From assembly GCA_964291625.2 (NCBI GenBank), contig OZ220089.1:2432001-2496000 (forward strand): 64,000 nucleotides of DNA, given 5' to 3'. A program made the translations under genes and the position numbers. Below are positions 9,283 through 17,800 of the stretch, one piece after another (the first letter of the stretch is position 1; each line of letters starts with the position of its first letter). Origin of the DNA: Candidatus Latescibacterota bacterium. GTDB taxonomy: Bacteria > Latescibacterota > UBA2968 > UBA8231. The notes under the pieces were generated by a model. That model was not told where the DNA came from and made no database searches. It was given only the letters and a program-made list of their open reading frames with translations.

Positions 9283-10422
9283 ATGAGCAGCCTGGCGCGG
9301 CTGTCATCCTGCGCCCTGCTCGCCCTGGGCTGCGCCTCGGGCGATGTCACCGATCTCGTCGTCGAGTCGGAGGAGCATCCCTTCCGGGTCGAGACCTTTG
9401 CCACGGGGTTCGGGGTGCCCTGGGGCCTCGCCTTCCTTCCCGACGGCCGGCTGCTGGTGACCGAGCAGGAGGGGCTCCTGCGCATCGCTGCAGAGGATGG
9501 GTCGGTCTCCGAGCCGATAGAGGGAGTGCCCGCCGTCTTCGCCCGGGGACAGGGCGGCCTGATGGACGTGGCCCTGCACCCCCGGTACGCCGAGCAGGGC
9601 TGGATCTACCTGAGCTATTCGGAGCCTCTGCGGGGCCCGGAGGGTTCGACCGTGGGCCACACGGTCATCGCCCGGGCCCGCTTGCGGGAGCACCGTCTCG
9701 CCGACCTGGAGATCGTCTACCGGGTGCCGGAGCGGTTCTACACCCGGCGCGCCCACCACTACGGCTCGCGCATCCTCTTCGACCGCGCCGGCTTCCTCTA
9801 CTTCGCCATCGGCGACCGCGGCCAGCGCGACCTCGCCCAGAGCCTGGAGTGGCCCAACGGCAAGATCCACCGCCTCCTCGACGATGGCGCCCTGCCGGCA
9901 GACAACCCCTTCGCAGGACAGCCGGGAGCCATCGAGTCGATCTGGTCCTACGGGCACCGCAATCCGCAGGGTCTGGCCCTGCATCCCGTCACCGGTCAGC
10001 TGTGGTCCGCCGAGCACGGCCCCAAGGGCGGCGACGAGCTCAACCACATCCGCCGCGGCCTCAATTACGGCTGGCCGGCGATCACCTACGGCATCAACTA
10101 CGACGGCACCCCCATCACCGATGTCACCCACGCCGAAGGCATGGAACAGCCGGAGACGTACTGGGTGCCCTCCATCGCCGTCTGCGGCATCGACTTCTAC
10201 ACGGGCGACCGCTTCCCCCGGTGGCGGCACGACCTGCTGGTGACCTCCCTGCGCTTCAACCGCCTGCACCGCCTGCGGCTGGAGGGCCGCGAGGTGGTCC
10301 ACGAGGAGATCGTCTACCAGGGGGATTCGCGCGTGCGCGACGTGCAGACCGGCCCCGACGGGGCCGTCTACCTGGCGGTGGAAAAGCCGGGGCGGATCCT
10401 GCGGCTGGTCAGCCTGGAGTGA
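9283..10422 (+). CDS. PQQ-dependent sugar dehydrogenase (GSDH/YliI family) lipoprotein
   Basis: Lipobox ALGC, PWGLAFLPDG, GQGGLMDV, HYGSR, YGHRNPQG, EHGPKGGDE. Confidence 0.92.
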   Translation: MSSLARLSSCALLALGCASGDVTDLVVESEEHPFRVETFATGFGVPWGLAFLPDGRLLVTEQEGLLRIAAEDGSVSEPIEGVPAVFARGQGGLMDVALHPRYAEQGWIYLSYSEPLRGPEGSTVGHTVIARARLREHRLADLEIVYRVPERFYTRRAHHYGSRILFDRAGFLYFAIGDRGQRDLAQSLEWPNGKIHRLLDDGALPADNPFAGQPGAIESIWSYGHRNPQGLALHPVTGQLWSAEHGPKGGDELNHIRRGLNYGWPAITYGINYDGTPITDVTHAEGMEQPETYWVPSIAVCGIDFYTGDRFPRWRHDLLVTSLRFNRLHRLRLEGREVVHEEIVYQGDSRVRDVQTGPDGAVYLAVEKPGRILRLVSLE

Positions 10423-11617
10423 CCGGGGGCCGCCGCGATCGGAAGGAAAGCCCCAGGTAGGAGTGGCCCTCCGCCGGCCAGTCCGGGTTGTTGGCGAACC
10501 GCGACCAGCTGATGGACAGGTGCCTGGCGACGAACAGGAGCGCGTCCCGGGAGGTGCCGGGGGGTGCTCTCTCCAGGTGGTGCGCCATGTACCTGAAGAG
10601 ACCATTGGACCGCACGGTCTCTCCCGACGTCCTGAAGTGGACCTCCCCATCGTAGTCGTCGTACTCGCCTCGGCGGAAGGAGATCGTCTCGAGGATCGAG
10701 ACCTCGTATCCCCTCTTGTCGTCCTCGGCAAGGCTCGTGACCTGGACGCCCTCTATCTGGGGGCGGTAGGTCTCCGTTGCCAAGGTCACTTTCCCGATCG
10801 TGATCCGGAGGGCGTCGGAATGCCAGTCCATGGCAAGGCTGCCCGACCATCCGTGGCGTCTGTTCGCCGGCAGAGGGTCGTCTTCCGCCGCGATCCTGGA
10901 GCCGCGATTGTGCCAGGCGATGCCGTATCCGATGTCGAGCCTGGGCTGGAGATGAGGACCCAGGGCAAGCTCGCGGCCGGTCAGACGCTTCAGGAGACCG
11001 TCCACGGGTGCCACCGCCATGATACCGTAATCCTGCGCCCTGGCTGACCCCTCCCAGCCACCGAGGTCGGAGGAGATCCACTTGGAGGTCGCACCGACCC
11101 CCACCTCCACGAAGGACCTCAGGGCGAGGCTTACGCCGATATTGTTGGACGCGTCCGCGCTGGGGGAGGTGCCGAGCTGCTCGCCGAGATCGATCCTGGT
11201 GCGGTAACCGTAGAATGCCGCTTCAACCCTTGCCGGGCCCTTCCAGGAGAGAGCCGGGACTACGCCTCCGGCCGAGGCCTGAACGGCGTGATAGTCGTAG
11301 CTCATGTCGTCGGCCAGGGCGCGAAGCCACGGCATCTCGCTCAGGTAGAGGCGGCTCTGGAACGTGTGCGCGGGGGAGGATAGGGCCGCCGCGCCGGGAT
11401 TGTAGTAGCCCGCCGGCTCGTCGGGCAGGGCGACCCCTGCCTGGCCCATCCCGTTGACCCGCACGGAGGGGGAGATCAGCAGGAACAGCGCTGCGGCGTT
11501 GCTCTCGGGAGTCGCTTCGGCCGGTCCACCCTTCACCACCAGAAGGGCCAGCGCCAGGACGACCGAGAGTCTGGCGGCCCCTGCGGGACGGTTCACGCCG
11601 GCCGTTTGTCTCTGCAT
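10409..11617 (-). CDS. PorV/PorQ-family outer-membrane protein
   Basis: RBS GAAAGGAGG before ATG 11617; signal peptide; FLLISPSVRVNGMGQAGVA...YYNPG matches the PorV N-terminal signature. Confidence 0.75.
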   Translation of the reverse strand: MQRQTAGVNRPAGAARLSVVLALALLVVKGGPAEATPESNAAALFLLISPSVRVNGMGQAGVALPDEPAGYYNPGAAALSSPAHTFQSRLYLSEMPWLRALADDMSYDYHAVQASAGGVVPALSWKGPARVEAAFYGYRTRIDLGEQLGTSPSADASNNIGVSLALRSFVEVGVGATSKWISSDLGGWEGSARAQDYGIMAVAPVDGLLKRLTGRELALGPHLQPRLDIGYGIAWHNRGSRIAAEDDPLPANRRHGWSGSLAMDWHSDALRITIGKVTLATETYRPQIEGVQVTSLAEDDKRGYEVSILETISFRRGEYDDYDGEVHFRTSGETVRSNGLFRYMAHHLERAPPGTSRDALLFVARHLSISWSRFANNPDWPAEGHSYLGLSFRSRRPPVTPG

Positions 11618-11692
11618 GGCACAGTCCCTCCTTTCGGGGTCATTCCCTTTTGAACTCTCGCGGGTGCCACAGGTTCCTCTCATTGCTCACGT

Positions 11693-11757
11693 CGCTCCAC
11701 GAAGATCGGGCTGCTCCAGGCGCGGTGCTGGTCGACCTGGGTCACCCGCACCCAGTA
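11693..11757. repeat. Direct repeat copy 1 (duplicated 3' end of the DUF3604 gene; att-like)
   Basis: 65 bp identical to 13393-13457 except one base (11702 a vs 13402 t); encodes YWVRVTQVDQHRAWSSPIFVER on the minus strand. Confidence 0.95.
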
Positions 11758-11788
11758 GGGGTGTCTCCGACTAAGCGCAAGCCAACAG

Positions 11789-12127
11789 TCAGAACCGTCC
11801 CGCCAGAGACTCCAGTCGTTTGCAGATCTCGTCCCTTGGGAGGAAGACCGAGCCGTCGGATTTCCAAGCCCGCAGAGCCTCCACCAGCAGGGATATGTCG
11901 CAGGTTTCGGCACGTGCCAGCTCGTCAATTACCCAAAGCACGCCGTGGACCCGAAGCCCCCTGTCGGTTGCCACTTTCCGGAGGAAGGCGTCGCCGGTCA
12001 GCAAGATGCCCCGGTTCACATGTGCGGTAACGAGACAGAAGCAGTCGTTCGCAGACAGGGCACGGTGGCGGCCCTTGAGTGCGAATGCCTGCGCGACCTC
12101 GTCAGCTGTCAGATTGACACAGGTCAC
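11789..12127 (-). pseudogene. PIN-domain protein, apparently N-terminally truncated
   Basis: GTG overlaps the upstream stop. The PIN C-terminal half is present (LSANDCFCL...ILLTGDAFLRK...VHGVLWVIDEL), but the N-terminal strand with the first catalytic Asp is not seen. Confidence 0.6.
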
Positions 12128-13202
12128 TGAATGGGCGGACCGCTGATCTGCTGCTCGACCGCGTCGAGGGACTCGTCGAGAAGAGTGGCCGCACGCACCG
12201 GCGAGATCAGCTCTTCGCCGACGGCACGCCAGACAAGTCGCTCGAAGCGCTGGGGCTTCTCGAATGCCCCGAATCCTTGATCGGAGCCGATCGGTTCTGG
12301 TTCCGACTTTCGCCAGGAGCGGGCAAAGGTCCTGAAGGCGCGCTCGACGGCGGAAGGACGCAGGATGCCGACTTGACCGAGGCGGACCAACATTGCGGCT
12401 GCTGAGACGCCGTAGGTGTGCTTGAGGCGGATGATTTCGTAGTAGGTGACGCGGTGACGGCTTGTTCCGGCTTCCTCCAGGAGATGTTTGCGTGGGACGA
12501 GGAAGGCGCCTGCGAAGCGGTTCATTGCCGCCTCCAGCTTGATGGCAGGGTTTCCGGTGGAACGGATGATTCTGTGTGCGAGCTCGTGGGCCAAGGTGAG
12601 GCGTTTGCGCTCCACCGTCGTCCACTTCGATACCGCTACTGCATCGACGACCACCCTGCCGTCTCGCATGACGTGGCAAGCCAAACCGCTGATGCGCTCA
12701 GGGAGGTCTCCTTCGACCACCTTTATTCCCTTCTCCTCAAGGAGGGCGCACAGGCTGGGCACTGGATCGTTGCCAAGGTCCCACGCGTTGCGGACCTCAT
12801 CGGCCTGGTGTCGATCTCTTCTTCGGTGGCGACGCTGTCGCAGCGGCGATCCGCGAACGAGTCGCCTGGCGGCGATAGTTCGAGGACTTCCTCGATTGTC
12901 AGGTACCGCTCGAGGTTTTCGATGAGGACGGCTTCGGCCCTGGCGCGGTCGCTGGGGGAAGTCCTGGAGTGCTTGCGGAACTCAAGGCCGTCGACCGCCT
13001 CGACTTGGGTGCTCATCAGGAAGTCCAGCGAGACATCGAGCGCCTTGCCGAGGCCCACCAGAACCGCCGAAGAGGGCATCATCTTGCCCGCCTCGTACTT
13101 GCTGATGGCCTGCGCGGTGACTCTCGGCTCCGTCCGCTCCGCAAGTGACCGCATGGAAAGGCCTGCTCGCTTACGGGCGAGCCGAAGTCGTCTTCCAAAC
13201 AT
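12124..13202 (-). pseudogene. XRE-family HTH plus ImmA/IrrE (peptidase M78) regulator, frameshifted near 12806
   Basis: HTH MFGRRLRLARKRAGLS...AISKYE in one frame. ADEVRNAWDLGNDPVPSL...RLTLAHELAH (HExxH) continues in another frame. One base appears to be missing at ACC-AG-GCC. Confidence 0.8.
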
Positions 13203-13221
13203 GCCACCCTCTCCTTTCTCG

Positions 13222-13275
13222 CAACTGATGGTTGACAGCGCAAGCGTCACTGTCGACATCGTCAACCATGAGTTG
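13222..13275. promoter_or_regulatory. Inverted repeat, probable XRE autoregulatory operator
   Basis: CAACTGATGGTTGAC (13222-13236) / GTCAACCATGAGTTG (13261-13275), 14 of 15 complementary, just upstream of the XRE start. Confidence 0.55.
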
Positions 13276-13379
13276 ATGTAGCGTGGTCCAGAGCGGACCG
13301 TCGATGCCCTGCGTGCTCGCTGACCATGGGATAGCTGCCGGCTCTGACCCCAGATGAGTCGATCTGGGAGTGACCGCGG

Positions 13380-15590
13380 TCAGCCGCGCCGGCGCTCCAC
13401 GTAGATCGGGCTGCTCCAGGCGCGGTGCTGGTCGACCTGGGTCACCCGCACCCAGTAAGGGCACAGGCCGCTGACGGCGCGGGTGTCCCGGAAGGAGAGC
13501 TCGACGCACGAGGCCAGTTCCGGGTCCGGCGCCGGCCCGGCGATGACGTGACGGCTGGCGCCGCCGGCATCCACCCGCATCGGTTGCTCCCGCACCCGGG
13601 ACAGGGCGAAGTCGAACGTGGCGTGGCCGGACTCGAAGCGGCATGACGTCGACGGCCCCCCTTCGATCTTCAGACACATGCCCATGCGGTTGCCGGCGGT
13701 GACCGTGTCGAACCGGACCGTGCGGGCGTCGGTCTGCTCTACCCGGTCGAAGGGGGTGACCAGGGCGACTGGCTCGACCCCGGCGATGCTTCCGTCGTCG
13801 ACGGTGAATCGCCCCTTCCACGGGGCCCGCTGCCGGGGCGCGCCACCGTGCCTCTCGGTCCCGCCCCAGAGGACCCGCACGGCGCCCTCGACTGGGGCCG
13901 CCGCCGGACGCCAGGTCCACAGCGGCTCGGTCCCGCACAGCAGATCGACCTGCTCGATCCCCGCCGTCCCCTCGGCCTCGATGGCCACCAGGGGACAGCG
14001 GTCCGTGGAGTATTCGCTCCCCATGGGATGGCCGTCGGCCGTGACCGCCAGCCGGATGCGGGGTCCGTCGGTGGCGTAACACCGCCTCTCCGCCATCGCC
14101 TCCCACAGCGCCTCCCGCGTGAGGTCGGCGGCCAGGAAGGCGGTGACCCCGCCGCGCACGTTGCGGATCAGCCGGCTGCCGGGATGGTCGCACCCCGGCC
14201 GGCCGGCGACGCCGTCAGTACCGCCGGTGATCCCGACCCGGTAGCCGCGTCTCAGGGCGTCGAGGACGAACCAGTCCGATGTCCCGTGGGTCGAGTGGAT
14301 CTCGGCCAGGGTCTCGATGCGCGGCTCGTGGAAGTCCAGATTCGTGGGCCGGCCGCCGGCGTGCATGTTGATGAGCACGTCCTCGTCTCGCATCACCTCG
14401 AGGAACTCGGCCGCCGTCTCCAGGTCGGGCTCCGGGTCCGGCACGTCCTCGGTGAAGAACCGTCCCGACCTCCGCAGGCGGGGCTCGTCGCGGCGGTAGA
14501 AGACGTTGCGGTCACCGCCCTCCGGCGTATTGGCGCTCCACTCGCACCCGAGGAAGGCGACGAACCGCCCCTCCTCGTCGGCGGCGGCCGTCTCGCGGCG
14601 CGTCCGTTCCCACAGGTCCAGGCTGACGTGGTGGTCGTTCCCCTGGTGCGAGCAGAGCTGCAGTCCGGCCACGTGGCGGGCCCAGTCGAAGTGGTGGCGG
14701 ACGGAGCCGACGCCGCAGCCGATCTCTCCCTGCCCGGCGTGCAGGTCGCCCCAGAAGACGCGCAGGGCCGGGTGCTCGCGCGCTACCCGCAACGGGTTGG
14801 TCACGGCCTTCAGTCCCCAGGCGGGGAGGGCCGCCTCGATGCGGTGGACGCCGGGGCTGTCGATCCGCACCCGGGCGCGGTAGGCGGGCATCTCCCCGGC
14901 CGGCTCGACGGACACGGCACTCACCCCGTTGGCAGGCACCACCTCCGGGCCGGAACCATCGACAAGCGCCGGGTTCCCCCACTCGTCCTCGACGCGCAGG
15001 GTCAGCTCCAGCTCTTCGCCGACCAGCCCGTCCGCGGGAGCCAGGGCGAACAGCCTCACGGGCTCACCCGCCACCACGGGGAATCCCTGCACCGGCGGCA
15101 GCTGGATCCAGCGGCGGCCCCCTTCGGGGTTGAGCAGGAAGAGCAGCTCCGCCTCCGCAGCGACGAAGGTCGGGGCCCGCCACTCCCGGCAGGCCAGCTC
15201 CACCCGGTCGCCCGGGGTCAGCTCGCCCGAGACCACCTCCACGTCGATCTGGTGATTCCACGGCACGAGGTCGCCCCGGAAGGCGCAGGTGACCCGCAGC
15301 TCGACGCCGCGCTTCGAGCAGGTCGCGTGCACGTGGTCCGGCGCCCCCGGATCGTCCGCCTGCGGCGTGGCCCAGTCGAAGGGCCACAGCCAGACGACGC
15401 GCAGGTGTCCTCCCGCCGGGACCGCGGTCTCGCCGAGCTCGAAAGCCAGGTTCAGCTCAAGGCGCTCTCCGGCCCGCACCGGGGCCGACCGGTCGATGCG
15501 GCCCCTGCCGTGCCGGCGGCGGCGCTCTTCGAGGTCGACGCCGGGGAAGTGATGGATGTGCGGGCCCCCGGGGAAACCGCTGGTCAGCAT
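13380..15590 (-). CDS. DUF3604-domain (PHP-like) protein
   Basis: FWGDLH, GCEWS...GGDRNVFY, EIHSTHG, GGTD, LTREALWEAMAERRCYAT, YWVRVTQ...AWSSPI C-terminus. Confidence 0.85.
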   Translation of the reverse strand: MLTSGFPGGPHIHHFPGVDLEERRRRHGRGRIDRSAPVRAGERLELNLAFELGETAVPAGGHLRVVWLWPFDWATPQADDPGAPDHVHATCSKRGVELRVTCAFRGDLVPWNHQIDVEVVSGELTPGDRVELACREWRAPTFVAAEAELLFLLNPEGGRRWIQLPPVQGFPVVAGEPVRLFALAPADGLVGEELELTLRVEDEWGNPALVDGSGPEVVPANGVSAVSVEPAGEMPAYRARVRIDSPGVHRIEAALPAWGLKAVTNPLRVAREHPALRVFWGDLHAGQGEIGCGVGSVRHHFDWARHVAGLQLCSHQGNDHHVSLDLWERTRRETAAADEEGRFVAFLGCEWSANTPEGGDRNVFYRRDEPRLRRSGRFFTEDVPDPEPDLETAAEFLEVMRDEDVLINMHAGGRPTNLDFHEPRIETLAEIHSTHGTSDWFVLDALRRGYRVGITGGTDGVAGRPGCDHPGSRLIRNVRGGVTAFLAADLTREALWEAMAERRCYATDGPRIRLAVTADGHPMGSEYSTDRCPLVAIEAEGTAGIEQVDLLCGTEPLWTWRPAAAPVEGAVRVLWGGTERHGGAPRQRAPWKGRFTVDDGSIAGVEPVALVTPFDRVEQTDARTVRFDTVTAGNRMGMCLKIEGGPSTSCRFESGHATFDFALSRVREQPMRVDAGGASRHVIAGPAPDPELASCVELSFRDTRAVSGLCPYWVRVTQVDQHRAWSSPIYVERRRG
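13393..13457. repeat. Direct repeat copy 2 (inside the DUF3604 3' end)
   Basis: Matches 11693-11757 at 64 of 65 bases. Confidence 0.95.
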
Positions 15591-15594
15591 GCCC

Positions 15595-16749
15595 TCACCC
15601 TCGCAGCGCCCCCACCGGGTCCCCCAGCGCCAGCGCCCGGATTCCCCCGGCCATGTCGAAGGTCCGGGTTCCCGCGTGGATCACGTCGAGCCGGTCCAGG
15701 CGCAGGTCTTCGCGGGCGATGTGCATGCTCCGGGTCAGGCGCGGGGCCGAGGTGAGCTGCACCTCGAAGCCAAGCCGCCGGCCGCCCCGATGGACGAGGA
15801 GATCCAGCTTCGCCCCGGCGTGGGTGGCCCAGAACCAGCACTCTTCCGGAGACGCGTCCAGAAGGCGGATCACCTGGTCGATCACGAAGCCCTCCCAGGA
15901 CGCGCCCACCTTGGGGTGGCCTTCCAGGTCCCGCTGCGACGGCAGGTTCAGCAGGGCGTGTAGCAGGCCGCTGTCCCTCAGGTAGACGCGCGGCGCCTTG
16001 ACCTGCCGCTTGGAGATGTTCTCGTGCCAGGGCTGCAGCTGCCTCACCACCAGGGCCGACTCGAGATGCTCGAGGTAGGACCGGACCGTGGTATCGGCCA
16101 CGCCGAAGGAGCGTGCGAACTCGGAGGCGTTCCACACCTGGCCGTGGTAGTGGGCGAGCATGGTCCAGAACCGGCGCATGGTGCGAGCGCTCACGTTGAC
16201 TCCGAGCTGGGGCAGGTCGCGTTCGAGGAAGGTGCGGAGGAACTGACGCCGCCACTCGAAGCTCTGACCCTCCCCCCGCGCCAGGTACGAGCGCGGGAAT
16301 CCGCCTCGCCGCCAGAGCCGCGCGGGGGTGTCGCGGCCGGTCTCGTCTAGGCAGAACCCGCCCAGCTCGCGGTAGGCGATGCGCCCCGCGAGGGTTTCCG
16401 ACGACTGCCGAAGCAGATCCGGCGAAGCGCTGCCCAGGATCAGGAACCTGGCGGGCGCGTCCGGACGGTCCGCCAACACCCGCAGGGCCGGAAAGAGCCC
16501 GGGCACGCGCTGGATCTCGTCGAGCACCACCAGTCCCGGCAGTGGCCGCAGGGCCCGCAGCGGATCGGCCAGCCGCGCCAGGTCGGCCTCGTCTTCCAGA
16601 TCGAAGCGCTCGACGGGTCCCTCCCAGGCCGACGCGATGAGCCCAGCCAGGGTGCTCTTGCCCACCTGGCGGGCACCGATGATGGCGGCCACCGGATGAT
16701 CCCGCAGCAGCGCGAGCAGTCTCTCTTGTTCTCGATCGCGGTTGTTCAC
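15595..16749 (-). CDS. AAA_14 ATPase with DUF4143 domain
   Basis: Walker A GARQVGKS, Walker B VVLDEIQ, LGSAS, SETLAGR, RGGFP, KRQVKAPRVYLRDSG, GASWEG. Confidence 0.92.
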   Translation of the reverse strand: MNNRDREQERLLALLRDHPVAAIIGARQVGKSTLAGLIASAWEGPVERFDLEDEADLARLADPLRALRPLPGLVVLDEIQRVPGLFPALRVLADRPDAPARFLILGSASPDLLRQSSETLAGRIAYRELGGFCLDETGRDTPARLWRRGGFPRSYLARGEGQSFEWRRQFLRTFLERDLPQLGVNVSARTMRRFWTMLAHYHGQVWNASEFARSFGVADTTVRSYLEHLESALVVRQLQPWHENISKRQVKAPRVYLRDSGLLHALLNLPSQRDLEGHPKVGASWEGFVIDQVIRLLDASPEECWFWATHAGAKLDLLVHRGGRRLGFEVQLTSAPRLTRSMHIAREDLRLDRLDVIHAGTRTFDMAGGIRALALGDPVGALRG

Positions 16750-16762
16750 AAACTCAATTTAC

Positions 16763-16797
16763 ATTGAAATCTCTGCGGCGACCACAGAAATTTCAAT
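16763..16797. promoter_or_regulatory. AT-rich inverted repeat upstream of the DUF4143 ATPase
   Basis: ATTGAAATCTCTG-N9-CAGAAATTTCAAT, 12 of 13 complementary. Confidence 0.55.
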
Positions 16798-16810
16798 ATG
16801 TGCAGGGATA

Positions 16811-16846
16811 AGAAAAGAGCCGGACCCCCGTCGGGAATCCGGCTCT
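16811..16846 (-). terminator. Rho-independent terminator of the sigma factor gene
   Basis: AGAGCCGGA/TCCGGCTCT stem followed by a T-run on the minus strand, about 30 nt after the stop at 16878. Confidence 0.7.
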
Positions 16847-16877
16847 CCTCAAAACAGGTTCGCGGGTCAGGCGCCGC

Positions 16878-17750
16878 TCAGAACACCTCCGTCTCGTCGC
16901 AGATCGCCATCAGCGCGTGGTAGCGCTGGGGGTGCCGCAACTTGCCCAGGGCGCGCTCCTTCAGTTGCCGGACGCGCTCGCGGGTCAGGTTCATCAGGCC
17001 GCCGATCTGCTCCAGGGTCATGGCCTCGGCGCCCTCGAGCCCGAAGTAGAGGCGGATGATCTTGAACTCCCGCTCGTCCAGGGCCTCCAGCACGTTCTCC
17101 AGCTGGCGCCGCGCCGTCTCCTCCATCACGTCGCCGTCGGGCGGTGCCTGGTCGTCGTCGCGCAGCACGTTCATCAGGCTGCGCTCGTCGTCCTCCTCGA
17201 AGCTCTCGTCGAGGGAGCGAACCGAGCGGGCGCTCAGGATCGTGTCCTGCACCTCCTGCGGAGAGACCTGCAGCTCGGCGGCGATCTCCTCGATCTCGGG
17301 CTCGGTGTCACGGCCCTGGCCGAGCTTGTGCGACGCCCGCGAGATGTCCTTGAGCAGGCTCAGCTTGTTCAGCGGCAGGCGCACGGTGCGGGCGTGGTCG
17401 GCGATCGTCTGCAGGATCGACTGCTTGATCCACCAGACGGCGTAGGAGATGAACTTGAAGCCCTTGGTGCCGTCGAACCGCTCGGCGGCCGTCATCAGGC
17501 CCACGTTCCCGGCGCTGATCAGGTCGGCCAGCGACAGGCCGCGGTTCTGGTAGTTCTTGGCCACGTCGATGACGAAGCGCAGGTTGGCCTGCACGAGCTC
17601 GTCGCGGGCCCCCATGTCGCCGGCGTGAATGCGAGCCGACAGCGCCACCTCCTCCTCCCGCGACAGGGGGGTGGAATCGGCGATGTCGTCGAAGTAGAGC
17701 CTGAGAGTGCTCTCTTCCTTGTTGAGGACCTCATGTAGAGGGTAAGCCAT
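16878..17750 (-). CDS. RNA polymerase sigma70 factor, RpoD/SigA family (lacks region 1.1)
   Basis: LVQANLRFV, DLISAGNVGL, GFKFISYAVWWIKQSI, TLEQIG...LTRERVRQ; AAGGAG RBS. Confidence 0.95.
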   Translation of the reverse strand: MAYPLHEVLNKEESTLRLYFDDIADSTPLSREEEVALSARIHAGDMGARDELVQANLRFVIDVAKNYQNRGLSLADLISAGNVGLMTAAERFDGTKGFKFISYAVWWIKQSILQTIADHARTVRLPLNKLSLLKDISRASHKLGQGRDTEPEIEEIAAELQVSPQEVQDTILSARSVRSLDESFEEDDERSLMNVLRDDDQAPPDGDVMEETARRQLENVLEALDEREFKIIRLYFGLEGAEAMTLEQIGGLMNLTRERVRQLKERALGKLRHPQRYHALMAICDETEVF

Positions 17751-17800
17751 CACAACTCCTTGAATCGGTTAGGGATATCTCTTCCGGTTCGGCGCCGCGC

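Larger units (their letters stand above)
11758..13392 (-). mobile_element. Small inserted islet (XRE-ImmA/IrrE plus PIN), lower GC, no integrase
   Basis: Bounded by 65-bp direct repeats exactly 1700 bp apart; visibly more AT-rich, with codon usage unlike the flanks. Confidence 0.7.

Noticed and set aside
11680-11928. 82-aa minus ORF ending YWVRVTQ...SSPIFVERREQ as a real gene
   Set aside because: Only the last ~25 codons are meaningful (duplicated DUF3604 end). The rest is off-frame PIN sequence.
13349-13368. Hairpin CCCAGAT/ATCTGGG as an integron attC site
   Set aside because: No RYYYAAC/GTTRRRY core ends and no integron integrase. More likely a terminator-like hairpin after DUF3604.
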